Assembly (NCBI RefSeq): GCF_006345805.1
Contig: NC_043003.1
Location: 107,384,001 to 107,448,000, forward strand
Length of the DNA stretch: 64,000 bases
DNA from: Octopus sinensis
Taxonomy: Eukaryota
Direction: 5' to 3'
Shown here: positions 12,481 through 25,899 of the stretch, one piece after another
Layout of the letters: each line of letters opens with the position of its first letter
Numbering within the stretch: the stretch's first letter is position 1
Notes under the pieces: generated by a model
Told to the model about the DNA's origin: nothing
What the model saw: the letters and a program-made list of their open reading frames with translations, nothing else
Database searches by the model: none
Program-made: the position numbers and the translations under genes

Positions 12481-13180
12481 AATGTGGATTCTATTGATAT
12501 CTCTAGAACAAGACACCCGTTTCTGTCATACTTTAACCTTTCATCACCAGGTACAAAACCACCTGCCCCAATACTACTCTCCAGCTCAATCGAAGGGTCT
12601 TACCTTGATGCTTTCACTGGTGCTGATGCCATGTAAAAAGCACCCAGTGGTTGGCATTAGGAATGGCATCAAGCCATAGAAACCATGACAAAGCAGACAT
12701 TGGGGCTTGGCGCTGTCCTCTGGCTTGCCAGCTTCTGTTGAAACAGCCAACCCATGCCTGCATGGAAAACACATTAAAAAATAATGATCATATCTTTATA
12801 TATATATCGTCCGAATGTGACAGATGCCAGCGCCGCCTGACTGGCGTCCGTGTCGGTGACGCGTAAAAGCACCAACCGATTGTGGCCGTTTGCCAGCCTT
12901 CTCTGGCCCATGTGGCGGTGGCACGTAAAAAAACACCCACTACACTCATGGAGTGGTTGGCGTTAGGAAGAGCATCCAGTTGTAGAAACACTGCCAAATC
13001 AGACTGGAGCCTGGTGCAGCCTCCATGGCTTACCAGACGCTGGTCGAACTGTCCAACCCATGCTAGCATGGAAAACGGACGTTAAATGATGATAATTATA
13101 CATATGTATATATATATATAGAGGTGAACTGGATTGTTTTTTTGCTAATGCTGTTATGGGGCAATGTTACTGATTGTGAT

Positions 13181-13566
13181 GGATGGAAGCACACCGTCGG
13201 TTACGACGACGAGGGTTCCGGTTGATCCGAATCAACGAAACAGCCTGCTCGTGAAATTAACGTGTAAGTGGCTGAGCACTTCACAGACACGTGTACCCTT
13301 AACGTAGTTCTCGGGGATATTCAGCGTGACACAGAGAGTGACAAGGCTGGCCCTTTGAAATACAGGTACAACAGAAACAGGAAGTAAGAGTGAGAGAAAG
13401 TTGTGGTGAAAGAGTACAGCAGGGATCACCACCATCCCCTGCTGGAGCCTCGTGGAGCTTTAGGTGTTTTCGCTCAATAAACACTCACAACGCCTGGTCT
13501 GGGAATCGAAACCGCGATCCTATGACCGCAAGTCCGCTGCCCTAACCACTGGGCCATTGCGCCTCC
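13181..13566 (-). mobile_element. SINE family B, full length, with TSD
   Basis: 12-bp TSD ACTGATTGTGAT at 13169-13180 and 13567-13578. Confidence 0.9.
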
Positions 13567-13779
13567 ACTGATTGTGATAACACTCGATTGAAATAATTAT
13601 CCAGAGAAATGAGTGTCATTTGTTTTAGTTTCTGGTTGGTTTATCTTTGTTTCTATCCACCTTTTTGAGGATTGAATCTAGACTGATATGCAACACTGTC
13701 CCTCATAGCATGGTCATCATGATGCTGTGACTAGGAGAGATGATAGAGGCAGGAGGAGATTAAGAAAGGCAGCAGATGG

Positions 13780-14400
13780 AGACTCGACAGAAACCTTAAT
13801 GGCCAAGAAAACCAAAATGTAAATACGCCCATCCTAGTCTCCATCATTTCTACCATTTTAACATTCACTTCAGTTTCCTTACGGACATCGGTGGGTCTTC
13901 AGTACTGTATGTTTCCAAACATTGCTTTCCTTTACCATCTTCATGAGGCTCAGCATCTTGAGATCTCTCTTCGGTACTTAGTTCCATGTCTTCTAAAGTC
14001 TTTCTCTTTAAGAAGCTCCATCCACTTTGAGTGCCATGCACTTCCTTAAACAGCATTTCTCTTACATTTGCATCATTTATCAACATCAGTACAGTCTTTG
14101 CATCACTACATCCGACTCTTTTTCCTTTCCATTCATTGTTTCCACTCCATTCTTTAAAGGTGGTTAGCATTACACACCCAGTGCAACATGCTCATATCAC
14201 TTTTTCCTAACTTTGCAGGCCCAGTTCCTCTCCAGTGAAGACATATCTTGCTGCTATGCAGCATCATACTTTGTACCTAAGCATCATAAACTCTGTCCTT
14301 CCCTCCAAGGGAGAAATCCTTTGTTGCTAGCAAAAGTGCGAGATCCTTGAACTTTTTTCCAATCCATTCTTACTCTGGATTCTATGCTTTCTTTTTTCTA
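13780..14400 (-). mobile_element. Degenerate RTE LINE 3' fragment
   Basis: Reverse frames give RIGWKKFKDL.LLLATK.FSL.GK.RVYDA, homologous to the clearer copy at 22460-23115. Confidence 0.6.
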
Positions 14401-14581
14401 CATCATCTAAAGCAATAACAATTTGACATCGGACATTATGAAGTAACAAAAGGCAGACAGTATCCTTGGTGCTACGATTAGTGATGCTCTTCGTTTGGTA
14501 GCCGTCTTTGTTGCTGTTTACCTGTTTCTTTCTGTTTTTCCAGTTCTTAAGGGTTGAGAGTTCTCAAATGGATCTTACTGC

Positions 14582-14679
<98 letters not shown>

Positions 14680-15965
14680 GATCTCTAACCCTGTACTACG
14701 AGTCTAATTGGTTTTCTTTCTGCATCCGCTGTGGGATACAATTATAGCTTTGTGGTCTTCAGGGGCCAACGGGACTTACCTGTGCATGCAGACTCCTCCC
14801 GAACACATATTGTTTTGTGTTTACCTGTGTTTACCACCTGCCCAAGCACTGCCATAAAAGGTGACAATGAACCAAATATCCACATTGCTAATCAATGTGA
14901 CTGGCTGTCACCTTCCACTGCCACATAAATTGTGGCACCATCCTGTAGACACAGGTGAATGGTACACTAACGCCACCTGTCATCTCACATCATCTTTGAT
15001 CTTAATGTCACTCACTAAGATTTCTTACCCCATTTGATGGAAACTCCATTGTTGCAACAACTCTCCATCTGTTCCTTTTAGGGATCATGGGGGGGGGGGG
15101 CACATCTCCATTTTTGGGAAGATATATGTTTTCTTTGCTGCCTCCTTTATGTATTCCAAAGGAGACATGGTCCCTTGCAACATACCTCTCTCATTTTCTT
15201 TCCTTTTCTGGGAGCCATTCTATATTCAGCTCCTCTTTCTGACTAGCAATGCTTGTTACTATGACAAACGTTTTAAGAAATAGTTCTTCTTTCATTTGTG
15301 TGAATGCTTACTTTGTATATTTGTCCAGTTACATTAATGTTTGGTTTTCTGTTTCTATTTTAAAATTTTGTGCATTTGTTCAACGTGTGGACATTTTTGA
15401 AATCGGTCCCAGCTGTTTTAACTCCTGTTTTTCAATTAATCCAAACCACAAACATATTGTCATCTTTTAAAACTATTTCATCTGCATTTTTAGATAGATT
15501 TATTCATTCGATCTGCTTCAACCGTCACATACATCATGCCTTGATACTGTATGGACTGAGATCCCTGTTGACAGGACCCGTGTCTTTGCTGTGGTTTTCC
15601 TGTTTCTTTCTTTCTATTTTTCCAGTTCTTAAGGGTTGAGAGTTTTCAAATGTGAATACTTATGATATGCAAATTAGTGACCCTACTTTTTTTCTACCTT
15701 TTTGAGTCTATAAACAGATTGGTTCCTTGTTCCTCAGGGATTGGTCAAATTCATGTTGATGTTTCTTATGAGAATCCAGTAATGTTTGAAAAGCAAATAA
15801 GATTCTTCATAATTTTTTTCAGTGTACAAAGAAATAGTTAAATTAGTCCAGTTTATATATCTACAATACAGGTTATGTAATATTATGCGTTTTATATTTA
15901 AGAGATGAGGAATTATGTACATTATTTACATTTGACGGATATTTGTCTTCATCTTGTTTGTTGTT

Positions 15966-16011
15966 AACACAACATTTCGGCTGATATACCCTCCAGCCTT
16001 CATCAGGTGTC
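15966..16011 (-). ncRNA. Minimal type I hammerhead motif (C3-G8), mirror copy
   Basis: Reverse strand GACAC-CTGATGA-A-GGCTG-GAGGGTATAT-CAGCC-GAAA-TG-TT^GTGTT: perfect stem II, C-to-T change in stem III. Confidence 0.65.
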
Positions 16012-16126
16012 TTGGGAAAATTTCGAACCTGGGTTATCATTCCCAAAGTATTTTTCGATGAATAATAATAATAATAATAGCGAAAAATACTTTAGGAATG
16101 AGAATCCAGGTTCGAAATTTCCCCAA

Positions 16127-16172
16127 GACACCTGATGAAGTCTGGAGGGTATATCAGCCGAAACGTTGTGTT
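16127..16172 (+). ncRNA. Minimal type I hammerhead motif (C3-G8)
   Basis: GACAC-CTGATGA-A-GTCTG-GAGGGTATAT-CAGCC-GAAA-CG-TT^GTGTT, with one stem II mismatch. Confidence 0.65.
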
Positions 16173-18369
16173 AACAACAAACAAGATGAGGACAAATATC
16201 CGTCAAATGTAAATAATGTAATATTATGCATGTCGCCTGATTGACTGCATATGGCAGGAAACTCTGAGTAGCAGTGAGGTCACCTCTGTTGTTACTCACT
16301 TTTCACATTCTTCAGGCAACAAAATAAAATGAATCCAAATGTGTGTGTGTGTGTGTGTGTGTTGTGTGTGTGTGTGTGTGTGTGCACAAGCTCACATTTT
16401 CTCTTTGAGTTGGAATTGAACTTACAATTTTTTTTTCTTTGTTAATCTCTCATTTTCCCTGCTTTTGCTAACATGAAGAGTGATACAGTATGGCTGAGGA
16501 TCTCACATATATCATGTCCTGAGTTGAAAAAGATTTTCATACTTTTGAAAAGTATCTATGCAATGAGTAGATAAAAGCTCCCTCTACGGCGTTCAACTCT
16601 TTAGCATTCAGATTACTCTGTCAAATGTAATCCTTATTTATCCGTAACCTTTTGAATTAATCCTACAATATCTTGTAGCTTTGAGATTTCAATGTTGTGA
16701 CTACTTATTTTTAGAATGATGTTGTAGAGTTGGTGTGAGATGCCAGATCTGGCCGGTTTGAACATAGAACAGACAGACTATTTGGGAATAACCAAAATAT
16801 AGCTGGTTTCAATGCTAAAAGGCTAAAAATTACAAAAAAAAAACAGGTAATTATCATTGCCTGTTTTTTAGATTCTAAACACCCTTTAGAGTTTCTGTTT
16901 ACTCATTGCCAGGATAATCTCTGTTAATCAAGTTTTTCAACTCGCTCTGTTTCATAGGTGAGACCTATTTTATTGTTGTTGACCTGTGATAGTTCATTTG
17001 TTGGAGCAACATGTATGGTGCCTAATTTTGTTTGTCCATTCTGAAAAACTCTATTTTTGAGGAACACAACACAATGGCTGCTGTAGTGAAATTTGAACCC
17101 TTGAACATCGTGACCGAATCAACACAGATTCTACCACCTGAGTACATTGGACTGATTTATTATTATTATTATTATTATTTGAACTTTTGACTCTTGTACT
17201 CATCAGTCCAGAGCACTTAACCTCATAGCAATCGGACAGTCACTTAATATCAACCACCAGGTATGACTGGACCTGGACTCCGACATAAACTTAGCCATGA
17301 TGGCTGAAATGAACTAAAGAACTAATATTTTTTTTTTTTTTTAATCTCACATCACTAACTTACATCTTTGTGTTTCTGTATGAAATTAGTCTGATTGTAA
17401 TAATATATATATATACATATATATATTTAGTATTTGGTTGTCACATAAATTCATTTGTCTTTTGCTACTTGGCACTCCATTGTCTTTTGTTTGAAAAGCG
17501 GTAAAATTTATTGAAATTTCAAAATTAATAAACAAACATTGAAGAAAGAGAACAGGGCAACAACAACAACAGCAAAAAAACCCCAAAAAACTAAAACTAT
17601 TTTGAGTTAATCCAAATAACACAGGAAATGATTAAAATAAATGAAAAAGAAAACAAATGAGTTTATCTGACAACCCAATAGTAGTAGTAATGTGTGTGTG
17701 TGTGTGTGGTGTGAATGGGAGGGGTTTTTTCAGTGCACCATTTAGGGCTAGTCATTTCACTAAAACCAAAAATAAATTTTAATTAAAATTTTAAGTTTGA
17801 AATTTTTATTCTTCTGTTTTTATTTCTTTTAATTAACTATAGCTTGTTATCTAAAATGATTACTGATTTGATGTGGATGTATTAATTTAAATGACAAAAT
17901 AAAAAAAAAAAAAGATTTTTTTTTTCTTTTAAAATTATTTATTGGAATTATTTTTGTGAAAATAAATTAGTGTTTTCCTGGAGTCTAACTTTAGAGTCCA
18001 GCAACTCTGGAGTCCAGTTATGGAAGTAACCAAAAAAAAAAAAAATCCAAAATAAATTGTTTTTAAGCTTGACATTAAAAATGTAAATAAAAATATTTTT
18101 AAGCTCGCCATGGAATTCTTGAAACTTTTATTAATCTTAAACCCTTTAGCATTTAAACTGGCCACATTTGGCCCAAATATTCTATTATTATGGTGAGACT
18201 GACCTGATCTGGTCCCTCACACCTATTTTACAATGTAATTCTATAAAATAACCAATCACATCATCAAAGTCTCAATATCTGATAAATTGAAAACAATTTG
18301 AATAAATAAGTATTACATTTGATGGAATAATTTGAATGCCAAAGGGTTAATGTATTGAAAGAAGTGTTT

Positions 18370-18787
18370 GTCTTCATGTGATAACTCAAATAGTGTACAA
18401 GAGCAGTACTTCTTCTTATAACTTTGAGCACCTTTTCAAACTCCACCTGTCTAACACCTGTGGACATGTTTACAAAGTCAGAAAACAGCACAGCTCCCAT
18501 GACTTTCAGAAGCATTTTTTCACGCTAAGAGTTGCTGAAGCATGGAACAGACTGCCAGCATCAGTTGTTAGTTGTCGGAGCACTGCATCCTTCAAAACTT
18601 CCATGCTTCTTGAGATTCACCAACACTACACCTGATTTTCTCCCCTCTATACACACGCAAGCATGTATCTGACTTATACTCTGTTCACTTCCCAGACATT
18701 TGTACATTACTGCATATGCTTTATATGCACTTTCGACAAGTTGTGGTGCACCTGAGCACTGTATACAATAATTTCATTATTATTATT
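18370..18787 (+). mobile_element. CR1/L2-type LINE 3' fragment
   Basis: NTCGHVYKVRKQ...KHFFTLRVAEAWNRLPASVV fits the CR1-group RT C-terminal pattern (TRGH..KL...FFS.RV...WN.LP..VV). Ends in (TTA)n. Confidence 0.75.
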
Positions 18788-20712
18788 TGAGGGTGTTTTG
18801 AAAATTGAAAAAGGAGCAGGCAACTGGCCCTGTTTAATAAAACAGAGATGGTTACCAACATTACCATTCTGAAGAAATTAGAATTATCTGGAGTGGAGCT
18901 GGTGGGTATGCCATGGATGAGGTCGTGAATGGTTATAGGACTGATAAACTTGATCTGATTGATTAACTGAACGAATAATCAATCGTCTATGGTTACAGTA
19001 GAATGTAATTGCCCAAGGGTACCTGCAGTGGGACTGAACCAAGACCACAAGGTATGGAGACAATCTTAATACAGTCACACTTGTACCTGTGTTTAAGGCC
19101 AGCTCTTATCAAACAAATAGACATTCCAAATCCGACCATCCCCTCTTTCTGTATATTTAAGACTATATCGTTTAAAGTTTCCTGTTTTAAGATAATAGGG
19201 TGTGATTGAAGGAATTTGGCTGTTATTTTTAGGTCAAGCGATTCTTTAGTTGTTTCTATAACTCTAATAATTTAAGGCAGTTTGGTGGAGTTCATCCCTG
19301 TCCAACTACACTCACTGAAGTAAATAAATAGAATAGAATTGAGGAGTATTTTTAGAAGTTCCTGCCTATATAGGGGAGTTTGTTGCTGTCTTGTAACAGA
19401 GCTAGGTGGACATAATATATGTAGTAGGTTCAGGTGTGGTAAGAGGCTTCCCAACCACATTGTTAAGGGTTCAGTTCTAGTGCATGGCACTTAGAGCAAG
19501 TGTCTTCTAATATAGCCTGGGGCTGACCGAAAGCCTTGCGAGTGGATTTGGTAGACGGAAACTGAAAGAAATGTCACGTGTGTGTGTGTGTGTAATTGTA
19601 TCTGTTGTCCCTCTCCTCACCATTGCTGGACAATTGGTGTACTCTTTTACTTGTTTCAGTCATTTGACTGCGGCCATGCTGGAGCACCGCCTTTGGTCGA
19701 GCAAATCGACCCCGGAACTTATTCTTTGTAAGCCCAGTACTTATTCTATCGGTCTGTTTTGCCGAACCGCTAAGTGACGGGGATGTAAACACACCAGCAT
19801 CAGTTGTCAAGAAATGCTAGGGGGACAAACACAGACACACAAACATATACATACATATATATACATATATACGACAGGCTTCTTTCAGTTTCCGTCTACC
19901 AAATCCACTCACAAGGCATTGGTCGGCCTGGGGCTATAGCAGAAGACACTTGCCCAAGATGCCACGCAGTGGGACTGAACCCGGAACCATGTGGTTGATT
20001 ATGCTTCCATAACTTAGCAGTTCAGCAAAAGCGATCAATAGAATAAACACTAGGCTTAAAAAGTAAGTCCTAGGGTCGGTTTCATCATCATCATCATCAT
20101 CCAGTGTTTTAAATCTGGGTTTTGTCCCCTTTAATGGGAGTCGCTGGATCTACCTCAACGCCATAGCAACCGATGTAGGTAGGTGCAGCCCACCCCGACC
20201 TTTGGGCTGGATGGTGCCCATTCTCCCTTGCTATCATGAGGCTTTTTTTTTGAATGGGATTTTCTACAGGGAGCATGCCCTTGCTTATCCCCAACCTCAG
20301 TTTCTAGACATGAGTGGTCCTGAGACAAAGGCCCCTACCACAATTTTTAATGTGGTGGAAAACTAGCTCAAGAAGGTACGGATGTTACTCCCAGAGACCC
20401 CTTTCAGGACGGTGCCTCAGCATGGCCACAGTCAAATGACTGAAACTGAGTAAAAAGATAATATATAGAGGAGCATGTGAATGTCCCTGTGGCATGTTAA
20501 GGTGTGTTGGTCATGGACGGAATGTGGGGGTTGGTAACAGGATATAGAATGTTATCTTTTGTGCAGGTCATTAGATATTTGATCAGTTGGGCCAAACATG
20601 CAACGGGTGACCTTAAAAATGAGGTTTTTTGCTGTTGATTAAAATAAATTTGTATGTTGTAGAGGGGGGAGGGGGGAGTTGTAGGTTACTTGACAATTGT
20701 AAAATTTGATAT

Positions 20713-21470
20713 GAGAGAGAGTAGAGGGAGGGAGAAGGGAAGAGAAGGAGGAGAGGGAGAAGGGAAGAGACAGGAGAGAGGGGGAAGGGAAGAGACAAAA
20801 GGAGAGAAAGAGAAGGGAAGAGACAACGAGGGAGGGAGAAAGGGAGAGGGAGAATGGAAGAGACAAAGAAGGAGGGGGAAGGGAAGAGACAGTAAGAGAG
20901 AGGGAGAAGGGAAGAGACAGAAGGAGAGAGGGGGAAAGAGATAGAAAGAGGGAGGGAGAAGGGAAGACAGAAGAGGGAGGAGAAGGGAAAGAGATAGAAA
21001 GAGAGGGAGAAGGGAAGGGAAGAGAAGGCGAGAGAGGGGGGAAGGGAAGAGACAGAAAGAGGGAGGGAGAAGGGAAGAGAAGGAGGAGAGAGGGGGGAAG
21101 GGAAGAGACAGAAAGAGGGAGGGAGAAGGGAAGAGACAGAAAGAGGGAGGGAGAAGGGAAGAGACAGAAGGAGAGAGGGGGAAAGAGATAGAAAGAGGGA
21201 GGGAGAAGGGAAGGGAAGAGAAGGAGAGAGAGGGGGGAAGGGAAGAGACAGAAAGAGGGAGGGAGAAGGGAAGAGACAGAAGGAGAGAGGGGGAAAGGAA
21301 GAGAGAAGGGGAAAGAGATAGAAAGAGGGAGGGAGAAGGAGGAGAGAGGGGGGAAGGGAAGAGACAGAAAGAGGGAGGGAGAAGGGAAGAGACAGAAGGA
21401 GAGAGGGGGAAAGGAAGAGAGAAGGAGAGAGGAAAAGATACAGTAAGAGAGAGAGAGAGAAGGGAAGAGA
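20713..21470. repeat. Purine-rich GA minisatellite
   Basis: About 760 bp of recurring AGAGGGAGGGAGAAGGGAAGAGACAGAA-like units; nearly all purine on the + strand. Confidence 0.9.
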
Positions 21471-21868
21471 TTTTATCAACAAAATATGGATTCCCAAGGG
21501 TCATGTGGACCCCTAAAAGTAATATGGACCCTGGTTGAGAACCCCTGGTCTAATTGCTGGGGATGAAAGGGTGAGAGGAAAAGATTGTGTAGTTTCTGTG
21601 TATTCACATATGAAACTTACGTATACACACACACACACACACACACACCACACACAAGACATGCACAGATATACATGCATACACACAGACACACATACAC
21701 ACACAAAGGCTCACCCACAAACACACATACACACACAAAGGCACATACTGTTTTATTTGACCTTACTTACTTATATATATGTCACTTTCCTTGTCTTCAT
21801 TGTAAACTAATAAAAAGAGGTTGTCTCTCAGTTTATCCTTTCCTTTTCTCTTCCTGTTCTTTTGGCTT

Positions 21869-21904
<36 letters not shown>

Positions 21905-22033
21905 TAAAACATTTTTTCAAATCTTCAAAAACTGCAATAGTATTACTACAATGCTGCCTTTATTGAAAGGTGTTTGTAAGCCATTTAGGAAACACACAAA
22001 AGCCGTTCGATTCACTTCAACATTTAAGTTTAA

Positions 22034-22084
22034 TTTGTCAAAATATTTTCGTCGCTTTAAGACCGCGACCTGTTCACTGACAAA
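22034..22084 (-). ncRNA. Minimal type I hammerhead motif, G3-C8 core variant, mirror copy
   Basis: Reverse strand TTTGTCA-GTGAACA-G-GTCGC-GGTCTTAAA-GCGAC-GAAA-ATAT-TT^TGACAAA, with perfect stems I and II. Confidence 0.7.
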
Positions 22085-22106
22085 AATCCGTGCTGCATCT
22101 CAGATT

Positions 22107-22157
22107 TTTGTCAGTGAACAGGTCGTGGTCTTATAGCGACGAAAATATTTTGACAAA
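22107..22157 (+). ncRNA. Minimal type I hammerhead motif, G3-C8 core variant
   Basis: TTTGTCA-GTGAACA-G-GTCGT-GGTCTTATA-GCGAC-GAAA-ATAT-TT^TGACAAA. Confidence 0.7.
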
Positions 22158-22459
22158 TTAAACTTAAATGTTGAAGTGAATCGAACGGCTTTTGTGTGTT
22201 TCCTAAATGGCTTACAAACACCTTCCACGCTGCAATTGTTTTCGTTCCAGCACACGATCTCAGATCAAATCACTTGCTATGCGAGTACATCTCCGTAAAT
22301 GTCTTTATTGAATATTTCTTTTATTTGACTCAACTATAACGGGGTCCTTATTCTATGAAGAAAGAACTCAAATGGGTTAAGCTTCTCTCTACAGCTGTTT
22401 CAGACATGTTTTTTTTTTATTGAATAAACTGATTACACCATGAAAAGTTATGCTACACC

Positions 22460-23115
22460 AGCATCAGCCACATTGCCTCCATGAGGCCCAATGCTTGAAA
22501 AGTGCTTTTTATGTGCCATTGGCACAGGTGCCGGTTATGTGACATTGGCCACAACTATGATTTCACTTGGCTTGATGGGTTTTCTCAGACACACATCTTG
22601 CCAAAAATCTTAGGCACTTGTCATTGCTGCCGTGAGACCCAATGTTTGTAGATCATGCTTCACCACTTTGTCTCATGTCTTCCTGGGTCTACTTCTTCCA
22701 CAGGTTCCCTCCACAGCACTTCTTTACCCAGCTGTCCTCACCCATATGCATCACATGACCATACCAGTGCAGTCGTCTCTCTTGCACACCACATTTGATG
22801 CCTCTTATGTCCAACTTTTCTCTTAAGACACTTAGACTCTGTCATACATTCACACTGCAGAGCATGCTAGCTTCATTTCTTTCAAGCCTTTACATGTCCT
22901 TGGCTGCCACAGCCCATGTTTCACAGCCATGTATCATAGCTGTTTGGCATCATACAGTCTGCCTTTCACTCTGAGCGAGAGGCTCTTTGTTGCCAACAGG
23001 GGTGGGAGCTTTCTGAACTTTGCCCACCCTATTCTTACTCTTGCAGCATCCACCTCTGCTACTGACTTGCTCATCCAGATAACAGATACTATCAACTACT
23101 TCTAGCTTACCGCCA
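22460..23115 (-). mobile_element. RTE LINE 3' fragment
   Basis: Reverse frames give RVRIGWAKFRKL.PLLATKSLSLRVKGRLYDA...RLERNEASML...RRLHWYGHVM...GR.RPRKT, the RTE RT C-terminus. Confidence 0.85.
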
Positions 23116-23610
23116 TATATACTCTCTTTTATATATGTATATATATGTATATATATGTATATGTATGTGTGTGTGTGTCTGTGTTTGTCCCCCTAGCATT
23201 GCTTGACAACCGATGCTGGTGTGTTTATGTCCCCGTCACTTAGCGGTTTGGCAAAAGAGACCGATAGAATAAGTCCCGGGGTCGATTTGCTCGACTAAAG
23301 GCGGTGCTCCAGCATGGCCGCAGTCAAATGACTGAAACAAGTAGAGAGAAAGAGATATATATAGTGTTAATTGATTGGAGGTGGATTTCCTGCACAGTAA
23401 TTGCTCGCCATGTCACAGTTCACCTATCATGTTCTCAGTGCATCATGGATTTTTCTGGCTAATATATGTAAATTTATAATGTGGACTCCTCAGTATATTG
23501 TGGGTTTCTGTGGTTGATAGTTATTTATATATTTTTAGATTTTAATTATTTCTGTGGAAATAGAACACCCGCAATAGTTGAGGGATTACTGTGTGCTTAT
23601 ATATATATAC

Positions 23611-23992
23611 TCTTTCACTCTTTTACTTGTTTCAGTCATTTGACTGCGGCCATGCTGGAGCACCGCCTTTAGTCGAGCAAATCGACTTATTCTTTGTAAG
23701 CCCAGTACTTATTCTATCGGCCTCTTTTGCCGAACCGCTTAGTAACGGAGACGTAAACACACACCAGCATCGGTTGTCAAGCAATGCTAGGGGGACAAAC
23801 ACAGACACACAAACATATACATACATATATATATATATGACAGGCTTCTTTCAGTTTCCGTCTACCAAATCCACTCACAGGGCATTGGTTGGCCCGGAGC
23901 TATAGCAGAAGACACTTGCCCAAGATGCCACGCAGTGGGACTGAACCCGGAACCATGTGGTTGGTTAGCAAGCTACTTACCACACAGCCACT
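23611..23992 (-). mobile_element. SINE family A
   Basis: Matches the family A consensus. Confidence 0.8.
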
Positions 23993-24680
23993 CAAAATCA
24001 TAATAAGGGTGTTGAATGATTACAACACCAGTCTGCTAGAAATAGACCCTAATTGGTCTAGGAACCACTTAGATTATTACTCCCACTACACGAGGTTGAC
24101 CTGCCATCTCCTCCCCTTCCCACTCCACCTCCTCCTGTTCCTCCCTTTCATGCTCCTCCCCTCCCCTCCTGTTCCTCCTTCTCCTCTTGTTCCTGCTCCT
24201 CTCCCTTCTGCTCCCACCTCCTCCCTGCTCCTCCTTATCAAAAATGATTTATAATTATAAGCAGAAACAAATGACAGATTCACACTCTTCGTATTTTAAA
24301 CTGATTTTTTTAAAAAAGTGGAAATTTTAGGATTTATGCGGCGGGAGGGGTTTGGGGGTTAGTCATTTTTTTTCTCTTTTGCATGATTGTATGAATTCTT
24401 AAATTCGCAAATCTGAAAATTCCATAAAATAAAAACTAACGAGGGGGTCACGTGGGATGACGAAAGCAGAATTTCGTCAAAAAATGGCGAACATTGTAAT
24501 AAGGGAAATAACTCTTTCCAAAGTAAGGGAAAGAACTCTTGAATTATATTTGAAAGTAGTTATTCGTTATTTAAATGCGAGTTATTTAAATCTGTTGACG
24601 GCTTTAAAATGGTTTTCCAAGTTGATGTAGCTTCTGTAATTTAGTTTGTTAGTTTTTCTTATTAAACCCTGACAAATATA

Positions 24681-25047
24681 GGCGCAGGAGTGGCTGTGTG
24701 GTAAGTAGCTTGCTAACCAACCACATGGTTCTGGGTTCAGTCCCACTGCGTGGCATCTTGGGCAAGTGTCTTCTACTATAGCTTCGGGCCGACCAATGCC
24801 TTGTGAGTGGATTTGGTAGACGGAAACTGAAAGAAGCCTGTCGTATATATGTATATATATACATATGCGTGTGTGTATGTTTGTCTCCCTAGCATTGCTT
24901 GACAACCGATGCTGGTGTGTTTATGTCCCCGTTACTTAGCGGTTCGGCAAAAAGAGACCGATAGAATAAGTACTGGGCTCGATTAAAGGCGGTGCTCCTG
25001 CATGGCCGCAGTAAAATGACTGAAACAAGTAAAAGAGTAAAAGAGAG
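24681..25047 (+). mobile_element. SINE family A, full length
   Basis: GGCGCAGGAGTGGCTGTGTGG head through AAGTAAAAGAG tail. Confidence 0.85.
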
Positions 25048-25503
25048 TAAACTTTAGAGGATAAAAACGGATGAAGAATGTTATTGTAAGTCAGCTTTGA
25101 TCGAATAACTCTTGAGGATTAACTGCTACATCTAGCGGATCAATGACACGGACATTGACTGACTTTAGTTTCCAAATGAATTTTTGGGCTGTGTGATTGT
25201 AGAAACTCGCTTTGCCACCACGTGGTCCTGGGTTCAGTCCCACTGCGTGGCACCTTGGGCAAATGTGTTCTACAATAACCTCGGACCAACTAACAGCAAA
25301 ACCTATTAATTCTGCTCGACGTAGTTCTCCCAATTCTGTGAAAGATTCCCTTCATTTTTATTAACGTAGACGATATGTTGTTCCTATCTGTTGAACATTG
25401 AAGGTTTATCAATGTTGGCCGTGTTCCGAAAGATTTATTTTGCGCTTAAGGAGAAGACCGATAATTGGAGATGGAATTTGAACTTCGAACATCAAGATTG
25501 AGG

Positions 25504-25899
25504 CTCTTTTACTTGTTTCAGTCATTTGATTGCGGCCATGCTGGAGCACCGCATTTAATCGAGCAACTCGACCCCGGGACTTATTCTTTTGTAAGCCCAG
25601 TACTTATTCTATCGGTCTCTTTTGCCGAACCGCTAAGTGACGGGGACATAAACACATCAGCATCGGTTGTCAAGCAATGCTAGGGGGACAAACACAGATA
25701 CACAAACACACACACGCATATATATATAAATACATATATACGACGGGCTTCTTTCAGTTTCCATCTACCAAATCCACTCACATGGCTTTGGTTGGCCTGA
25801 GGCTATAGTAGAAGACACTTGCCCAAGGTGCCACGCAGTGGGACTGAACCCGGAACCATGTGGTTGGTAAACAAACTACTTACCACACAGCCACTCCTG
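25504..25899 (-). mobile_element. SINE family A
   Basis: Matches the family A consensus on the reverse strand. Confidence 0.8.

Larger units (their letters stand above)
15918..16220. repeat. 140-bp inverted arms around an (AAT)n spacer, each arm carrying a hammerhead motif
   Basis: 15918-16057 is the reverse complement of 16081-16220 with a few substitutions. Confidence 0.9.
21967..22224. repeat. 122-bp inverted arms around a 14-nt loop, each arm carrying a G3-C8 hammerhead motif
   Basis: 21967-22088 is the reverse complement of 22103-22224 with few substitutions. Confidence 0.9.

Noticed and set aside
20613-21504. Long ORFs of 272-294 aa
   Set aside because: They are translations of the GA-rich minisatellite.
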